A DNA stretch of 64,000 bases from Lytechinus pictus (GCF_037042905.1 NC_087251.1:28088001-28152000), one strand, 5' to 3'; positions 1 to 13,984 are shown, counted from the first letter of the stretch. Notes: generated by a model not told the origin, from the sequence alone. Translations and numbers: made by a program.

Positions 1-772
1 TATCTCCAACATTTATAGTTAATATTGTTCAAAGTAGTATTTACAAATTTAATGTTTACAATTAATATTTACATACAATCATAAATATTGTTCAAAGCAA
101 TGTTACTAAACATTTTCTTGTTTTATGATAATGTTAATGATGATAACGATAGTTCGAATATTATTATTTGCAAAATTTTACTTCTGATTCTCATGATAAT
201 GATATTAGGAGTTTGAAAATTATGTATGATGGTGACAATACTAGTAATTAAGAGAATAATTAATGATTATTATGAAAACAGTTATAGTATGAAATCATGG
301 TTTCCATAGAAGTGCCCTTTTAACTGAAATTCTTAGTGGTTTCATGAACACCTGTCCAGATCTTGATCCATTTATGTTGCAATTTTTTATGAAACTACCT
401 TACTTCACCACGTCTCAGTGTATAAATGTATCATAAATCTGTACAATGTTTTTCTTTATATGTCTTGTATGATAGATGTGAATCCGTATTGCAGTCCAGG
501 ATTAAGGTGTCGTCCATCCGAGCCAAGCAAATCATGGCATACCTCAACCACAGCTTTGATGAACAAATGACAGGGTCCAGGTGACCAGGTTCTCCTTCTA
601 TGATAAACGTATAACAGATGACATGGTCAGGTTAACCTTTGATCATGACCAGGTTTGCCTTCTGCTGTGATGAAAGGGTGACTGGTTTGGTTGACCTTTG
701 ACTTTTGATCATGGGGTATCACTACTACGTTGAATAGATGACTTAGTCAGGTTGACCTTTGATCATGACCAG

Positions 773-897
773 GGGCCCGTAACTCAAAGCATAGCGATCA
801 TCGTATAATTTTTTTAGATTGATTGCATTGACTACGGTGTACAATCAATCGTTAATATCAGGCGGAAGATTAATTGCTAACTTTTGTGTTAGGGACC
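773..897. mobile_element. Small MITE (Harbinger-like)
   Basis: Imperfect TIRs gggcccgtaactcaaag ... ttttgtgttagggacc; interrupts the minisatellite. Confidence 0.55.
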
Positions 898-1004
898 CGG
901 GCTCACCCACAGCTATGATGAACTGATGATGTGGTTAGGTTGACTTTTAATCATGTGTTCATCACTGCTACAATGAACAAATGACAGGATCAAAGTGACT
1001 TCTA

Positions 1005-1878
1005 GGCCCAAATTCACAAAGGTGGTTTTAAAAACCCATGGTTGAATCCATGGTTTATGCAGAACAATGACGTGTATTTGACGTGTACATACTCCTGCAT
1101 TATTCTACAAGTACGATGATACACCAACCTGGTGGACTGTACTTAAACGGATGATGATTTGAATCAGAATTTATTTTTATTTGGTTGCCCTGACGCTCAA
1201 TACTCTACTGTAAACCGTTATATTCTTTACGCTAAATATTTTATTTTTTCGACATGTTGTAAGGGTGATCGGTTGTGTTTTAGCTCTTTTAAGATCATAT
1301 TGAAACGCTATTGTGAAATTGAAAGGGTTCTCAGTCAAAACCATCATAATTTTGTGTTATCATTAGATAATAGTACGCATGTACAGTTGTTGTAAACATG
1401 TTCGCTTCATGATTTTTCTGTAAATTGAATTGCTTTCGTGTTTGATTTTGAATAAAATCTCTATAAAAGAAAAAAAAAGATTTCCTGTATAAATTATGCT
1501 TAATTTAGCGCGTATCGGGCGTGTGTATAAAAAAATTCCAATGCTGATGCGCGGTGTATAAAAAAATTCCAATGCTGATGCGCGCTTTTGTCACAGTGCG
1601 CCAAATCGACGCATGTTACCATGGTTAGATACGCTATTTTATTCATGAGTCCATTGTTTGAAGAGTGGACTCATGAATTGAAAACAGTGAACTCATGAAT
1701 AAAATAGCACGGATAACCACGGCAACAGGCTTCAATTTGGCGCACTGTGACAAAAGCGCGCATCAGCTTTGGACATTTTTTATTATACGCGGTAAAATAA
1801 GCTTAATTTATACAGAAAATCTGCATAAACCATGGGCTCAACCGTGGGTTTTCAAAACCACCTTTGTGAATTCGGGCA
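1005..1878. mobile_element. PIF/Harbinger-like MITE carrying a nested LINE fragment
   Basis: Long TIRs ggcccaaattcacaaaggtggttt... / ...aaaccacctttgtgaattcgggca; 3-bp TSD CTA at 1002-1004 and 1879-1881. Confidence 0.85.
1064..1480 (+). mobile_element. 5'-truncated non-LTR retrotransposon (L1/Tx1-like) 3' end
   Basis: Splits the MITE left arm exactly (gtttatgcaga|...|tttcctgtataaatt; the right arm is uninterrupted). Ends in AATAAA plus an A-tail. ORF 1159-1395 (NRYILYAKYFIF...FKIILKRYCEIER) resembles the C-terminus of L1/Tx1 ORF2. Confidence 0.7.
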
Positions 1879-3132
1879 CTAATGTTTGATCAAGACTAGG
1901 TTCACCTACTACTATGATGACCAGATGACAGGGTTAGGTTGACCTTTGACACTTAATACTGACATATTACTGCCTCATTGAGAAGGCTGACAGGGTTTAG
2001 ATGACCTTTGACCAGTGTCCACCAGAGCTTTGATACGCATATAACACAGTTGAGATGGTCTTTGATCATGGCTTATACCAACATTTGTATTGAACAAATG
2101 ACAGGGTAAAGGAAACCTGTGATGTTGGATTATATGTACCATGGCTTCAATGAGCAGATAACACAATCAAGCCTAAGTTCCAATCTTCACTCAAAATCGA
2201 GTGGCCATAATGATGACCTTACATAACAGCCGTATACATTAAGTCATAGTTAATCATTTGCTAAAAGGAAATAATGGATCGTTTGCCGAAACTAGCTTAG
2301 ATTAATTTCATGGAAGTACATGTATGCAAATTGATTATGGATTCAGCACCCTCATTTCATAATGTTTAATTTGGAAACAATCATGTGTATTTGAAGAAAA
2401 ATACGTTTGTTCAATTATTTCAAAATATTAAATGGTTAGGGAACATTTCCTTTCACCACTTCTATCTTATGCACTCAAAAGGTCTATCTTAAAGCCAACA
2501 TATGACACCAACCTTTAACAGAATCATGTCAAGACCAAAACTGCCCATATAGTTCCTGGATCATTACCCAGGATGCATCATTTTGATCATGTAGTTTTGT
2601 GATTGCCTGTTTGAATTATGAATAATTTTCCACTACTCATCTATACAACAATATTTGCCATCCCTAAGCTTTGACAGAATTTTACTTTTATGAATACAAA
2701 AACATAACCCAATGAGAAATAAGATCTCAATAGCTACAGTGAGAAAAACATTTAATTTATGCGAAGGTTGACTTTATGGATAATTGAAGACCTGATTTAT
2801 ATTTTCCAAAATCACTTGGATTTTTAAGTTTTATCACTCACAAGTAGACTTTGCAAATATGTCATCAAGGTTTATAGCCATGTGCCAAAATATGACAACA
2901 TTTGGAGGTCCATTGAAGTGTTTTTAATGGTTCTCATTTTATATTATTCGGAAAGTGGTTTAAAAGTTTGAATTAATGACCACTACATGATTCTTGTTTT
3001 TATATTTGTATGACTATGACTTACATTAATCAAAATCTCTTAAAACCAGTCTAAAGCTCTTATAAAGGGTCAGATATGTGAATTAGACTTGAGTATCATC
3101 TAACATTCCAATGTTACAAAAAGTCTAATATC

Positions 3133-3600
3133 GCCTTTTCACACAGTAAAAAAATCGTAATTTGAATGATGATTCCAGTGAAAAATATGGCTTTAGCGAA
3201 TTTATAGCACGTGTGAAACCAAACTAGAACATGATTAGAATAAAAAATGCTAATCACAATAACTAATTTCACTCTGGAGGTGATTCCAGTTAAGTTTCAC
3301 TAAAATTACAGTACAAATTTTGCGTGTAAAAGGCTTAACCTCCAAAACATCTTTTAGGGGGCATAGCTTACGTGACCTTTTAAGCACTTCCATAGATAAT
3401 ACAATTGTCATGCACTCATCGTAGTTTGTATTTGCGATGCAGTGCTTTGATTGACTAATCACCAAGGCGCATTCCGCCTTCGCTCGGGAATTCAAATTCA
3501 AATCACAGTTTTCGAGTGAGCGTGTGAAAGGTCCAATGATTCTAAAGAAGAATTGCAATCATCATTACATCGATGATTCAAGATACACGTGTGAAAAGGC
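3133..3600. mobile_element. Degenerate MITE
   Basis: 12-bp TIR GCCTTTTCACAC / GTGTGAAAAGGC with internal cgtgtgaaa repeats. Confidence 0.6.
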
Positions 3601-4829
3601 CCATAGTCATTGGATGTATTTTCAGCTGTTAGAATATAAATTTGGCCTTATAAGCATCACCCTCTCTCTGCAATCTTTTGTTATTTTAACTTAAAAATAG
3701 CCCTTAAAGCACTTACTTTAAAGATTTAGTAATTGGATATTTAAAAAATTAGAGACAAAGATTATATCTCGAAATTTTCTGCCAATTTCATGATTGTGAA
3801 GGGGGTTTAGAAAAGCAAGACATAAATATGCAGATATTTTATTTTGGTCGGTACCCAATCACAATGAATTTTAACTTAAAATCTCTAAATTAAACCAATA
3901 AAACACATTTTAAGTATATATCCTTCAAATCCTAATTGTTTTAGGGCATATGTGTTGATGTGATCTCGTAATGAATTGGAATAGTGATATGCATTTTCTC
4001 AAGGATATACCACAACTAAAGATGGGCCTCAAGACGAGAGTATATATCATTTTATACCAAATGAAATACAAGTTGTATGCAGCCACAGTTCAACAACTAA
4101 ATTCATGTACTTCTCACTGTGTCTTTAATGGAATCAGAAATCTTGATAAGTGTCGTAGCATGATGATATAAATTAGAGGAGATAGATTAAAACAATTTAT
4201 TTGCCTTTAGTTTATATCCAATTAGAATATTTATGTAAAGAAAAGTAAGAAGTAAATTACAGGCTACAAATACAATAAAAAGTAAATTGTGTTCAGAAAA
4301 GCACCCCCTTTTTTTTTGGGGGGGGGGGACATTTTTGTTAAATTGTTTTTACATTGTGTACCAAAGTTAAGCCCTTTTATGTCAATGTTATTTTCATTTA
4401 TCAAAATTGCAAAGCGATCGGATGTCATGTGGTTATATTTATTTGTTTTGCTTGTTTGTCATTTTGTATTGTTGGGTATTCAGTTCTTCCCCTCATGTCA
4501 TCCAGTGTGTGCTACTAAAAGGAATGTGCAATTTTCATATTAGTATCAAAATATGATGTACTCATGTAAAGCAATAAAAAGATATGCCTTATATGAAAAA
4601 AGATGTAACTGGAATATTATATTTAGTGCAAAAGTGTGAACTTACCATTATCTTTCATGATGATATGTGCATGAACTCCAGAGAACCTTATCTAGTTTTG
4701 ACGTGCATTCTGATTTTCATCCCTTCTATGAATGGTCTGGCATTTGCTGTCAATCTTGATTCTGGTGTAAAACTTCTGGCTCGGGGTGGCTGTAACCAGG
4801 GTATCATGGGCTATTTTTGAGGACGAAGA

Positions 4830-4990
4830 GTGACGATGGTGATGACGCTAGTAATGATGGTATTGGTGATGATGATGGTGGTGGTACTGGTAATGATTGT
4901 GGTAATGGACTTAATGAATGGTATTGACAATGGCGATGGTGAAAAGAGTGGTGGTTATACAGGGATGGTGGTGGTGATGGTGGTGAAATC
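4830..4990. repeat. (GAT/GGT)n low-complexity tract
   Basis: Degenerate trinucleotide repeat. Confidence 0.8.
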
Positions 4991-5549
4991 ACCAGAGCAG
5001 ATTGTTAGTGGCTATCTAAAGAAGGGGGGATGGGGGTTATGTTGGTCTGCCTGGTATAACACGCAAGGAAAGGTGGACTAATACGCAAGAATTTGCTAAG
5101 GGGAGGGGGAGCAGGGGTCAAAATAATTTCATCCACATTTCCTCCGGTCGGCACTCAAAGAGCTAATTTTTTTTCTTCTTTTTTTGGGGGGGTTGAGCGT
5201 AGTTGGATCCACCTCTATCTTACGTTTTCCCTTTCTAATCTATCTGGTAATTGGTACAAGAAGAATGTCCTTAATTACGTGCACATGGGGGCCATGGCCT
5301 TCAAAATGTTTCACGACGAAGAAAAAAGGAGAAGGAAAGACTGAAATATTAGTTTATAGTTTTTGAATTTTATGTTATAATCTATAAAAAAATAGATCTT
5401 TGTATTGAAAAGGTCAACATTTTTGCTCCATCCACCGTATCTGACCCCCTAATATATTTTTTTCATTATGCCACTGAAAGGAGACAAGGGCTTTTAGGCT
5501 CCTAGATTAAAAATGTGGAAAAATTAACCACAAAATTCGTCCTTGACAA

Positions 5550-5925
5550 ACTCTTTCTTTTTTGTCTCTTTCTATTTTTTTACGCTCTCCTCTCTCTAAT
5601 TCCTTTCTCTAATTCCTTTCCATTCTTTTCCATTCATAATCTCTCCTTCTCTCTTTCCCTTCTTTTGTTTATATTTTTCTTTGATCTCCCATGTTTCATC
5701 TATCCCTTTTCATTCTTCTTTCCTCTTTCCTTCCCCTTCATTTGTTTCTGTCTTCCTTCTTTCTCTCTCTCTCTTTCCCCTTCTTTTGCTTTCCCATTTC
5801 CTTTCTTTTCCTTTTCTTATTCTCTCTTTGCCCTCTTCCCTTTCACTCTGATCTCATTTTCTTTCCCTCTTCTCTTTTTCTCTCTCTTTTCTCCTTCCCC
5901 TTATATCAACTCCATTCTCTCTCTC
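5550..5925. repeat. CT-rich polypyrimidine tract
   Basis: Almost entirely C/T; source of spurious F/L/S ORFs. Confidence 0.85.
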
Positions 5926-6417
5926 AGGCCCCTTCGCCTCCCATGGATCCGCGTCTGTAAATAACAACTGGAAATGGACCATTTTGGCTTGTCACTGTAG
6001 TCAGGGCATCGGAGGGAACCGGAGACAACGCGAAACAAAAGTGCGCCAAAAGTAATTTTGGGCAATTTCAGATTTTTTATTTTTTTCCTGCCCAGCTGAA
6101 AGACAACACTTTGAAAAATACTTCAGCAAAATATTTCATTCAGGAATGTGCATAAAGGTTGTTAATTTCCTATGAGTACCTCAAATCGTAAAATGTGACA
6201 TTTTGCGAAATATAACACGGAATATAATTTGGGCGCACTTTCAACTCATTCTGGCCCACTGTGCGGCGTCGTGATATTCCGATGGGATATTTGTTATATT
6301 ATTATTATTTTTATTTATTTATCTTTTTTACAAAGCATTAATCAACCTTAAAAATCATGTTCACAAGGGTTAAGTACGGAAGTGATACAAACACCACACA
6401 GTATAATTATGGCCATT

Positions 6418-6554
6418 AGAGGCGGATCCAGAATTTTCAAGGGGGGAGGCATATACTTGAGTAAAAACGGCATATTTACATTACAAATTGTTATTATGCC
6501 TCTCAAAGGGGGGGGGGGGGTACACGGGCCGGATGTGCCCCCTGGATCCGCCAG
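6418..6554. mobile_element. Short MITE
   Basis: TIR GGCGGATCCAG / CTGGATCCGCC with poly-G/poly-C subterminal tracts. Confidence 0.7.
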
Positions 6555-6640
6555 TTTCCCCATCCATGTTTAGTGATGATCAATAATAACAAATGAATGG
6601 TACATCTGTCTACAACAGCAATGCACAAAGCTATAGCCAA

Positions 6641-6786
6641 CATTGGCGGCGGCCAGCCAAAATATTTAGGGGGGGACCACAAACAAAATTTATAAACTAA
6701 AATCTTAGGGGGGATCGTCCCCCCACCTCAAATTTAGGGACGGACAGGTCCCCCCCCCCCCATCCCCCCTGCTTCCGCCGCCTATA
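6641..6786. mobile_element. Short MITE with 8-9 bp TSD
   Basis: Ends cattggcggcgg / ccgccgcctata; direct repeat tatagccaa at 6632-6640 and 6787-6795. Confidence 0.7.
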
Positions 6787-7984
6787 TATAGCCAACATTA
6801 CTATTTTCAATCAAATTACTTTTCGATGTAATGTGAATGGTAAGTTAGTATTAGAGACCATACACGAACCATCATATCAGTGGCACGTGTTCAATTATTT
6901 GACTCGAATTGTCAACACGAGCAGAAACTGGAGGAATATTGATAAGGAATGTTCTAATAACGCGCCGGAGCGATGTTGATGGAGGTCGTCGAATTGTCAA
7001 AAGTAGGACATGAGACCCGCTGCACAGAAATAACATTATATTAATATACTAACTGTCAAAGTAGGGGGGGGGTTACAAAATCGAACAGCCAGTTCTGATT
7101 TTAAAAGGACATTCAAGGAGGAGGGAAAAATAAGAAGATATATAGACTCTAAGATAGAAAGTGACAAAATGAAAGAGAGAGAGAGGGGGGGGGGGAGGGG
7201 GGAGACGGGGAGAGAGAATAGGGGGGGCTGTTGGTTACGATTGGTCTCGATTACTTGGTCCATCTGTCACTGATATCACCCACAAACAGTTCTCCTTCAC
7301 TGGATTCTTATCTGAATCAACTTAAAGCGATCAATAAGAATCCATACAATCAATACATCTCTCTATTATATTTAGGATGGCTACGCCTCAGTGCCTTCAG
7401 GTCCTCTTCAGGTGCAGAGATATGCTTAATGGCCGTTATACAGCATCAACTTGTAATCGTCTCATATTCCAATGTGAAGACAACACTTGAGTGCAGTAAT
7501 AAACTGTTTCTAAATAACTATTCATCAAACTGTGTGCTCGATCTTTTGACGTCTTTTTAAGGCACGTATTCAACCAATTATTCGAATTATATAATGTTAC
7601 CAAATTATAGATCATGTCAGATTATGATGTGAAATTTGCGGGTAGGCCTACCCACATATTTTTTTTTTAATTCATTGATGTCACGATGAAAAAGTACACC
7701 ATTAATTGCTGGTTCAATTTCATGTATTTAGTTTTTATTATTTTTATTTGTTTTATCTTTGGCAAATGTGTTTAGTTTTACTTTCCATTTGATTTTTCAT
7801 GAACAACCAGCTCTAAACAATGAATTTGCCCATTTATTTTGCTCAAAGGTTGGCTCTCCACCTCTTTCGCTCCCTCGTTTATTTCTTAATCTTTTCCGTC
7901 CAGCTAAGGGGATCGAGGTAAGATTTGGTTGAAGTCTGTAAAATACCAGTAAATATGACTTCCGCCACGATATTAGTTTGGGCA

Positions 7985-8060
7985 AATGTGATTGGTCAAA
8001 AGTTTGTAAAAAGGGGCGTGGAAACCTGTTTATATAAAAGATTTCCGGGTTTTCTGACGT
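7985..8060 (+). promoter_or_regulatory. Candidate RNA Pol II core promoter of the DNRLRE-domain gene
   Basis: Reverse CCAAT (attgg at 7991), GC box ggggcgtgg (~8013) and TATATAAAAG (8031-8040) in canonical order, inside a locally CpG-rich region. Confidence 0.6.
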
Positions 8061-8295
8061 AGAATCTCGATTGCGCAAGCTGAAGTCACATGTGGAACAC
8101 AGTGATGTTTACACACACATATCGCGAGCTCGCCCTGTAAATCCTCACTGCATGCTTCGCAACTAACAAATTAGAGCTCAGACGGATCTCTATTGGCAAG
8201 TTTAAAGCCACTTTGTCTTTGAAAGATGATAATTGGATTCTTAAAGTACTCCGAAGAAGGAAAGGTTGAGATGAATATTTCTTGATTAAAGGTAG
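8060..8295 (+). other. Candidate first non-coding exon
   Basis: Lies downstream of the TATA box and ends at overlapping donors AAAG|GTAGGT (after 8291) and TAG|GTAAGC (after 8295); start coordinate approximate. Confidence 0.45.
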
Positions 8296-9092
8296 GTAAG
8301 CTTAGCTTTCTAAATTTGTAAGCTAATGAGCCGCGAGAGCTGTCGTGGTACTAGTCAACAGGAGTCTCGGGCCAGAGCGGGGAGAGTTTATATGGGTAGC
8401 TGATCGCAAAAGAACGGGAGATGTGCAGCAGGCACCTGCCATTGGCTTTTGTCCAACGTTTGTCGCCTGTGTGAATTCAGAAACTTTTTACAGGAAGTTT
8501 TTCCTGTCATGGCAGTAGCCTATTGTGATTAAATGAAGAGTTTTAATATTGGCAAATATTCAAAACTTGTCACTGTGTTTTTTTTGAAAAATAAGCAAAA
8601 ATTCAAAATGTCATAACTTTCTTATTTTACATCTGATATTATTGAAATTTCCATTGTTATGCTTGTATATTTTCTATTTTTATCCAAACCACATTTTGTT
8701 GGGGGTGGACTTGACCTTTGACAATTCATTCTCATAGGTGGCTATGCATACAAGTCGTGCCAGAATTCACTACTATGATCATAGATGGGCTACATACTTC
8801 CAGCCTCAAGCTATAGGCCACTGTTCTTTTATGAAATGACAGCAATTTCACAAATGAAGTGATTGCTTTGCTGTGAATAGTAGGTCATCGTTGCATAAAA
8901 CATTCTACAAATTAAGCTACAGTTACATTGTATAAGCTGATGAAATAGTATTAATTGATTGGTGTGAGATTATTGATAAAGCTATAGTGTTATAAGCTGC
9001 TGAAATAGTTAAACTTGATTGGTTTGCAATTTTATTGGCTGAGAATTTTTATAATTTATATAATATTAATGTTAATACATATGGTTTATAAG

Positions 9093-9660
9093 CCCGGGGG
9101 GCCACTTCCATTTACGAGTGGATACCATGCGTGACCATGAGATCTCAAAAAGCACCCTAAACACGTATTTTCCATATTCTGAAAATGCACCCCTTAACAA
9201 GTATTGGCGTGTGAAACCCTACCCTTAACAAGTATGGGAAACAAAACGATACTATTGGCAAGTATTCCCTGAATTGAACCCCTAAACAAGTACAGCGATA
9301 TGTCAATGTTATGTCACGGCCGTCGGTTGTCGGTTGTCGGTTTTACCTTTACCTACATCATTGGGTTTAGTACAGCCGCACTCGCGTAAATCATACTCCA
9401 AACACGTAGTGTTGACTCCTGGGGCAAAATGTATATCCTTCATAAAAAATTTAGTCTTGATTTTTTATACCCATGCAAATTTGACCCTAAACACGTAGCT
9501 TTCCTAGCGAAATAGATACCCTTTTTTCATTATTTTAGTGTTTTTGACACCCTTATTACGTAACGTGCCCTATCCTGAAAAAGACATCCTTTTTACATGT
9601 TTTTTTGGTCACGCATGGTATCCACTCGTCAATGTAAGTAGCCCCCCCCCCCCCCCTGGA
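9093..9660. mobile_element. Non-autonomous DNA transposon, 8-bp TSD
   Basis: ~45-bp TIRs (cccggggggccacttccatttacgagtggataccatgcgtgacca and its inverse); TSD TTTATAAG at 9085-9092 and 9661-9668. Confidence 0.85.
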
Positions 9661-12600
9661 TTTATAAGGCCCCAGACCCACTCTGTAGAATGCCCAATGT
9701 GCAATGAAAGAAGTATGAATACAGCAAGAAGAATGGGATTGGTGCTCTTCAGGAAATAGGTGAATGATATTGATAAGATGCTGGATGTACATGTAACAGT
9801 AGTTAAGAAGAGCTAGTAGTATGGATAGTGTATTCCCCTTATTTTGAATTACACTATGTTTAAAGGTTAAATAGTTAATATGGCAAACTTTAAGGATCAA
9901 TAGGTTTCCAGTCATTCTTTCCACTAATTTGAATACCAGAACCATTTGAAGGGTTTTAGCAGAGAGCTGAGGCTAGGGGTGTACTGTACTCTTGTACCGA
10001 ACTCATCTGCAAACTCCTTAGCACAGAACAGATATCAATGAAGCTTAATATTTTTTCTTCCCTTGCAAAATATAGCACTATTACAGTCAATGAAAGGGGA
10101 AAAAAGAAATAGAGAGAAAATAATAGATATTTGACAATTGATAAGGAAACTATTCATTGAATCACAGTAGGTTACAGCAATGGGGGTTCCGCATTGTCAG
10201 TGAGCAATCAAACTTCATTTCACATTACAATGAGTAGCATTGTTTCATATTTCATATACCGGTAATGAATACAAAAAAAAAATTATTGGGTTAATTATGT
10301 CATTGATTCCCCTATGCCAACCAGGGTGTGCTTGTAAATTGAGTAAATTCTTAAAGATATTTAATCAGCACTACTCGTGCATTTTTTATTCAACAAATTT
10401 ATTATTCATGTATTTCTTTTGTGTTTAAAACTATATATTGTACAATCTTATTTTGATTATTTTCTCTTGCCAAATTTACTTTAATAGTTGAAACAAGGAT
10501 TTATCCTATTTATTATTCAAGTTGCTTTTGAACAAAGTCAGTGACAAAATTTCCTACTTACGCGTTCTTAGTAAACACTATTTTCTTTGAATTGTTTCAT
10601 CATTTCTTTCCCACTACCATGGCAATAGTGGATTAACCTTAACAAAGCAAGATAAAGTTGTATATTTTTGTCTACTCACCATTTACTCTTCGGCTTAGAT
10701 GACTCGAAGTTTAGATGTGTTCCTGACAGTGCATAAGTCAGAGGCAATTTACACCTTTACTGGAGATATACTGAACAGCTGTTATTCAGTTTCAATGAAA
10801 CAAAATCAAGAGAGAAAATGTAGGTGTCTGATATTTTTGTATCTGTTTTATTATTTTGTGTATGACAATGCTCTTTTGGACTTAATCATGTCTTGGGTAG
10901 ATCAATGAAATGTAGTTTGTATTTAGATGAAAATTGATATGAAAATTTGAGGAAACTTATCACTGTAAAGGAAGTGTAGTCAACATGACAGCATTTGCTA
11001 TACTAGTAGACTTCAGTTGAATTTCATACCTGCATTTATTGACCACTCAAAAACATAGAGAACATTTTCAAGTGTTGTAAAGTTCTTAATGTAAATATTG
11101 TACAGTATGAACAACATTTTGAGTGCAATAGTATATGATACTGAAGCACTTGGTAAAACCTTGCATAGTGCCATTGTTCTTCCCAATCTTTTACAGATAA
11201 CAGTGATTGGATCATTAACATTGCAGGAGTTAAAGGGGAGATATGATTTGAAGGTAGATGTTCAATTGATTGAAGACTGAAGATTGCTTGATTGCTCAAA
11301 ATAAATCCACCCCAATCACCTATTCAACATAAAACATACTTGAAGCAGGATGAAAGAAGCATATAAAATGTCTCTCTAAAAGAGGTTAAAGTTTGAATTG
11401 CGTGGGTTTGTGGAATGAATGTTATGAACATTTTTTCACACATCCTTTGGGAAAATCATATTGGCACTTATGAATATCTGCTTTAATTGATCACTATGAA
11501 AATGTTTTCACATGGAGAGCAAAACCAACATTTAGAGATCATGGCTCAGTGTCAGTATAGAGAATGCTGCATTCAACCAATATTCTTTGTTGCTGTAAAA
11601 TCATGAAAGATGTTTAGTTCAACCCAAGGTAGAGTTCTAAAATCGTTAAAAAAACCCTCAAAAAGTGAATAGGAAATGATGGTGCATTTGGAAAGGATTT
11701 TCTGATAACCATGGGCATTCAGTTGAATACAATGGAAATACCTATCATGATTTCACAATGGCCTTTTCCATATCTCTCTAGTCAAGATTTTCAGCAAGAG
11801 CATACATATGGATGGGGGCAGGGGAAGGGCAGAGTGCCCCTGGACAGACTTTTCCTGACCCTTTTTTAGTTTTCAGAAAAGTTTCGACAGGAGTGACAAG
11901 TGCTTCCTGAAACGAGGGTGACCTCTGACCTATTTTGCTTCTGGAATTGGCAATAACATTTGAGCTTTTTTATTTTTTAGCTTTCAATTTTTTTTTTTTT
12001 GGGGGGCCCTTTCTGACAAGATTTTCAAGGTATACCACTGCTCTGCATTCTGCACTACAGTACCCAGTTGCCTGGCTTGAAGAGAGAGAGAACTTGTGTT
12101 GATGAAAAACCACTTGAATGCTATCCAGCAGTTACTACAGTTATATTTTGTGTTGTATATAGTGATTTGTGATGTATGCTTATGATTCTAATAATTGATT
12201 TAACACATCATAATTCATATATCCACAAAAGTAAGTCAAATTAAAAAAAACTGAGAATATAGGTGGAAGTGTTTGGTACATCTACCTATGTCCCAAATTG
12301 AGATAATGTTGTTAAATGCTCAAAAGTGTAGGGATTCACACAAGGATTTCTCTACCCAATTGGATAGATCTCTACATGCATCATTTGAAAACTCCTGTGG
12401 ATTATTATTCAAATGTATCAACCTTCATAATTGTAAAAATACAAATTCAACGTGGATGAATTAGTGTCTTTAGCATTGTGTGACCCATATGAACATTGCA
12501 ATGTTACTCTTGTGTGAAAACACTCAAATTTGTAAAGTATTATGTTGTGAACATTCTTTTCAATATGTCTGGGAATGTAACCTTGACATTGTAAAAAAAT

Positions 12601-13129
12601 AACTCTCTGTCTCTCTCTTCTCTTCTCTGTCCCCCTCCATCCTCTTTCAAACCAATAAATACTAGCTGCTATTATTTTGCATGGGAGGAAGAAAAATGTC
12701 ATGATTTCTCTCCTTTGGAAGGGTGGTATGATATGTTATTATGCATTCACTCTGTGGAAAAATCAGTTTCTATAGCAACTGACTTTTTGAGACTTACTGA
12801 GCAGTCAATTTCATTTGATCATAAAATACCTACCTGTTAGTTTGTTTTTATTTATTTCAATGCAGTATTATGATCAGAAATCAGATTTTTTCCAGTAGGA
12901 AGGATGCCATTTTTGTTTCTAGCCTTTTAGGGTGTACAGGATATATTACCTCATCCTCCATTAGGTGTTATATGGTCACTTTCATTTTCAAGCTGATGGA
13001 GTGAAAACAACCTAATGTCCAAGGGAAGGGAAAACATAGAGTGAATGGCTGATGTGATAGAATATAGAGAGGGAAGTGTACATGTAGGTTGAGGGTGGAT
13101 TGCATTGTGGGATTGGAAAATGAAAAATA

Positions 13130-13350
13130 AAACTGATAGAGAGAAAGAGGGAAGTAACGGAGAGGAGGAGATAGAAGCAGAGAGAGAGAGAGAGGGGGGG
13201 GGAGAAGAGAGGGGGGAGAAGAGAGGGGGGGGGGGAGAAGAGAGGGGGCAGATGAGATGCCTACAGAGAAAAGAAAAAAATTGAAGAGAGAGAGAGAGAG
13301 AGATAATGGACTAGAGCTTGAAGGTATCTATAAGGGAGGGGAGGGGGGGG
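13130..13350. repeat. GA/G-rich simple repeat
   Basis: (GA)n and poly-G runs. Confidence 0.8.
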
Positions 13351-13984
13351 GGGTAAAGTGGCGAGATCATATTTGGAATAAGGGGCCGGGGTGGGCGGGC
13401 AGGCTAACATTTATTTTCAAAAACAGAGCAAGAGGTAGTAAGGGCGAAGGAAATAAAGAAATGGCTGTGTGAAGGACATAGTGTAGGCAAATAGTAACTG
13501 TGAGTGTATGAGAGAGATAAAGAGAGAGAGAGAAAGAAAGCTTGAGGTTAAGAGAGATGGAAAGAGGGATAAAAAGTAAGTAAGCGAGATCTACCATTTT
13601 AGAGGTGTGACCCACATTTGGGTATAGATGGTTCATTAGCAGGTGTACTTATGATTATCCATGAGGCCCTGAGGTCCAATTCCTTCAATTAGGATACAAA
13701 TGACTTAATGCACTGGCTCTTGGCGCTGCTGTGGGTAACAACTTCCCTTTAATACTGTAAATTTAAATATTTGCATTACCTCTCCAAATAATGAATGTGT
13801 GATTCTTGCTGTTCAACCTCTACAATATGCAAGCCCATACTGTACACAAATATGTATTGGAGAAGTAACAGGAGATTGGAATGATTGTCTCATTTTGTAC
13901 ACCTCCACTCATGGTTAAAACCTGTATTGTTTTATTGAAGGTTAAGATTTATAGGCATTTATTAAAACAGACAGGATAATAATG

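Larger units (their letters stand above)
530..2160. repeat. Degenerate minisatellite array (~55-60 bp unit, core ATGAACAGATGACAGG..CAGGTTGACCTTTGATCATG), interrupted by MITEs
   Basis: Recurrent gttgacctttgatcatg / atgaac.gatgac motifs from ~560 to ~1000 and again from ~1890 to ~2160. Confidence 0.7.

Noticed and set aside
5515..5964. 149-aa and 89-aa hydrophobic ORFs (likewise 58186-58767, 40493-40813, 54523-54871, 4830-5081)
   Set aside because: Translations of low-complexity CT/GA/AT/GAT tracts
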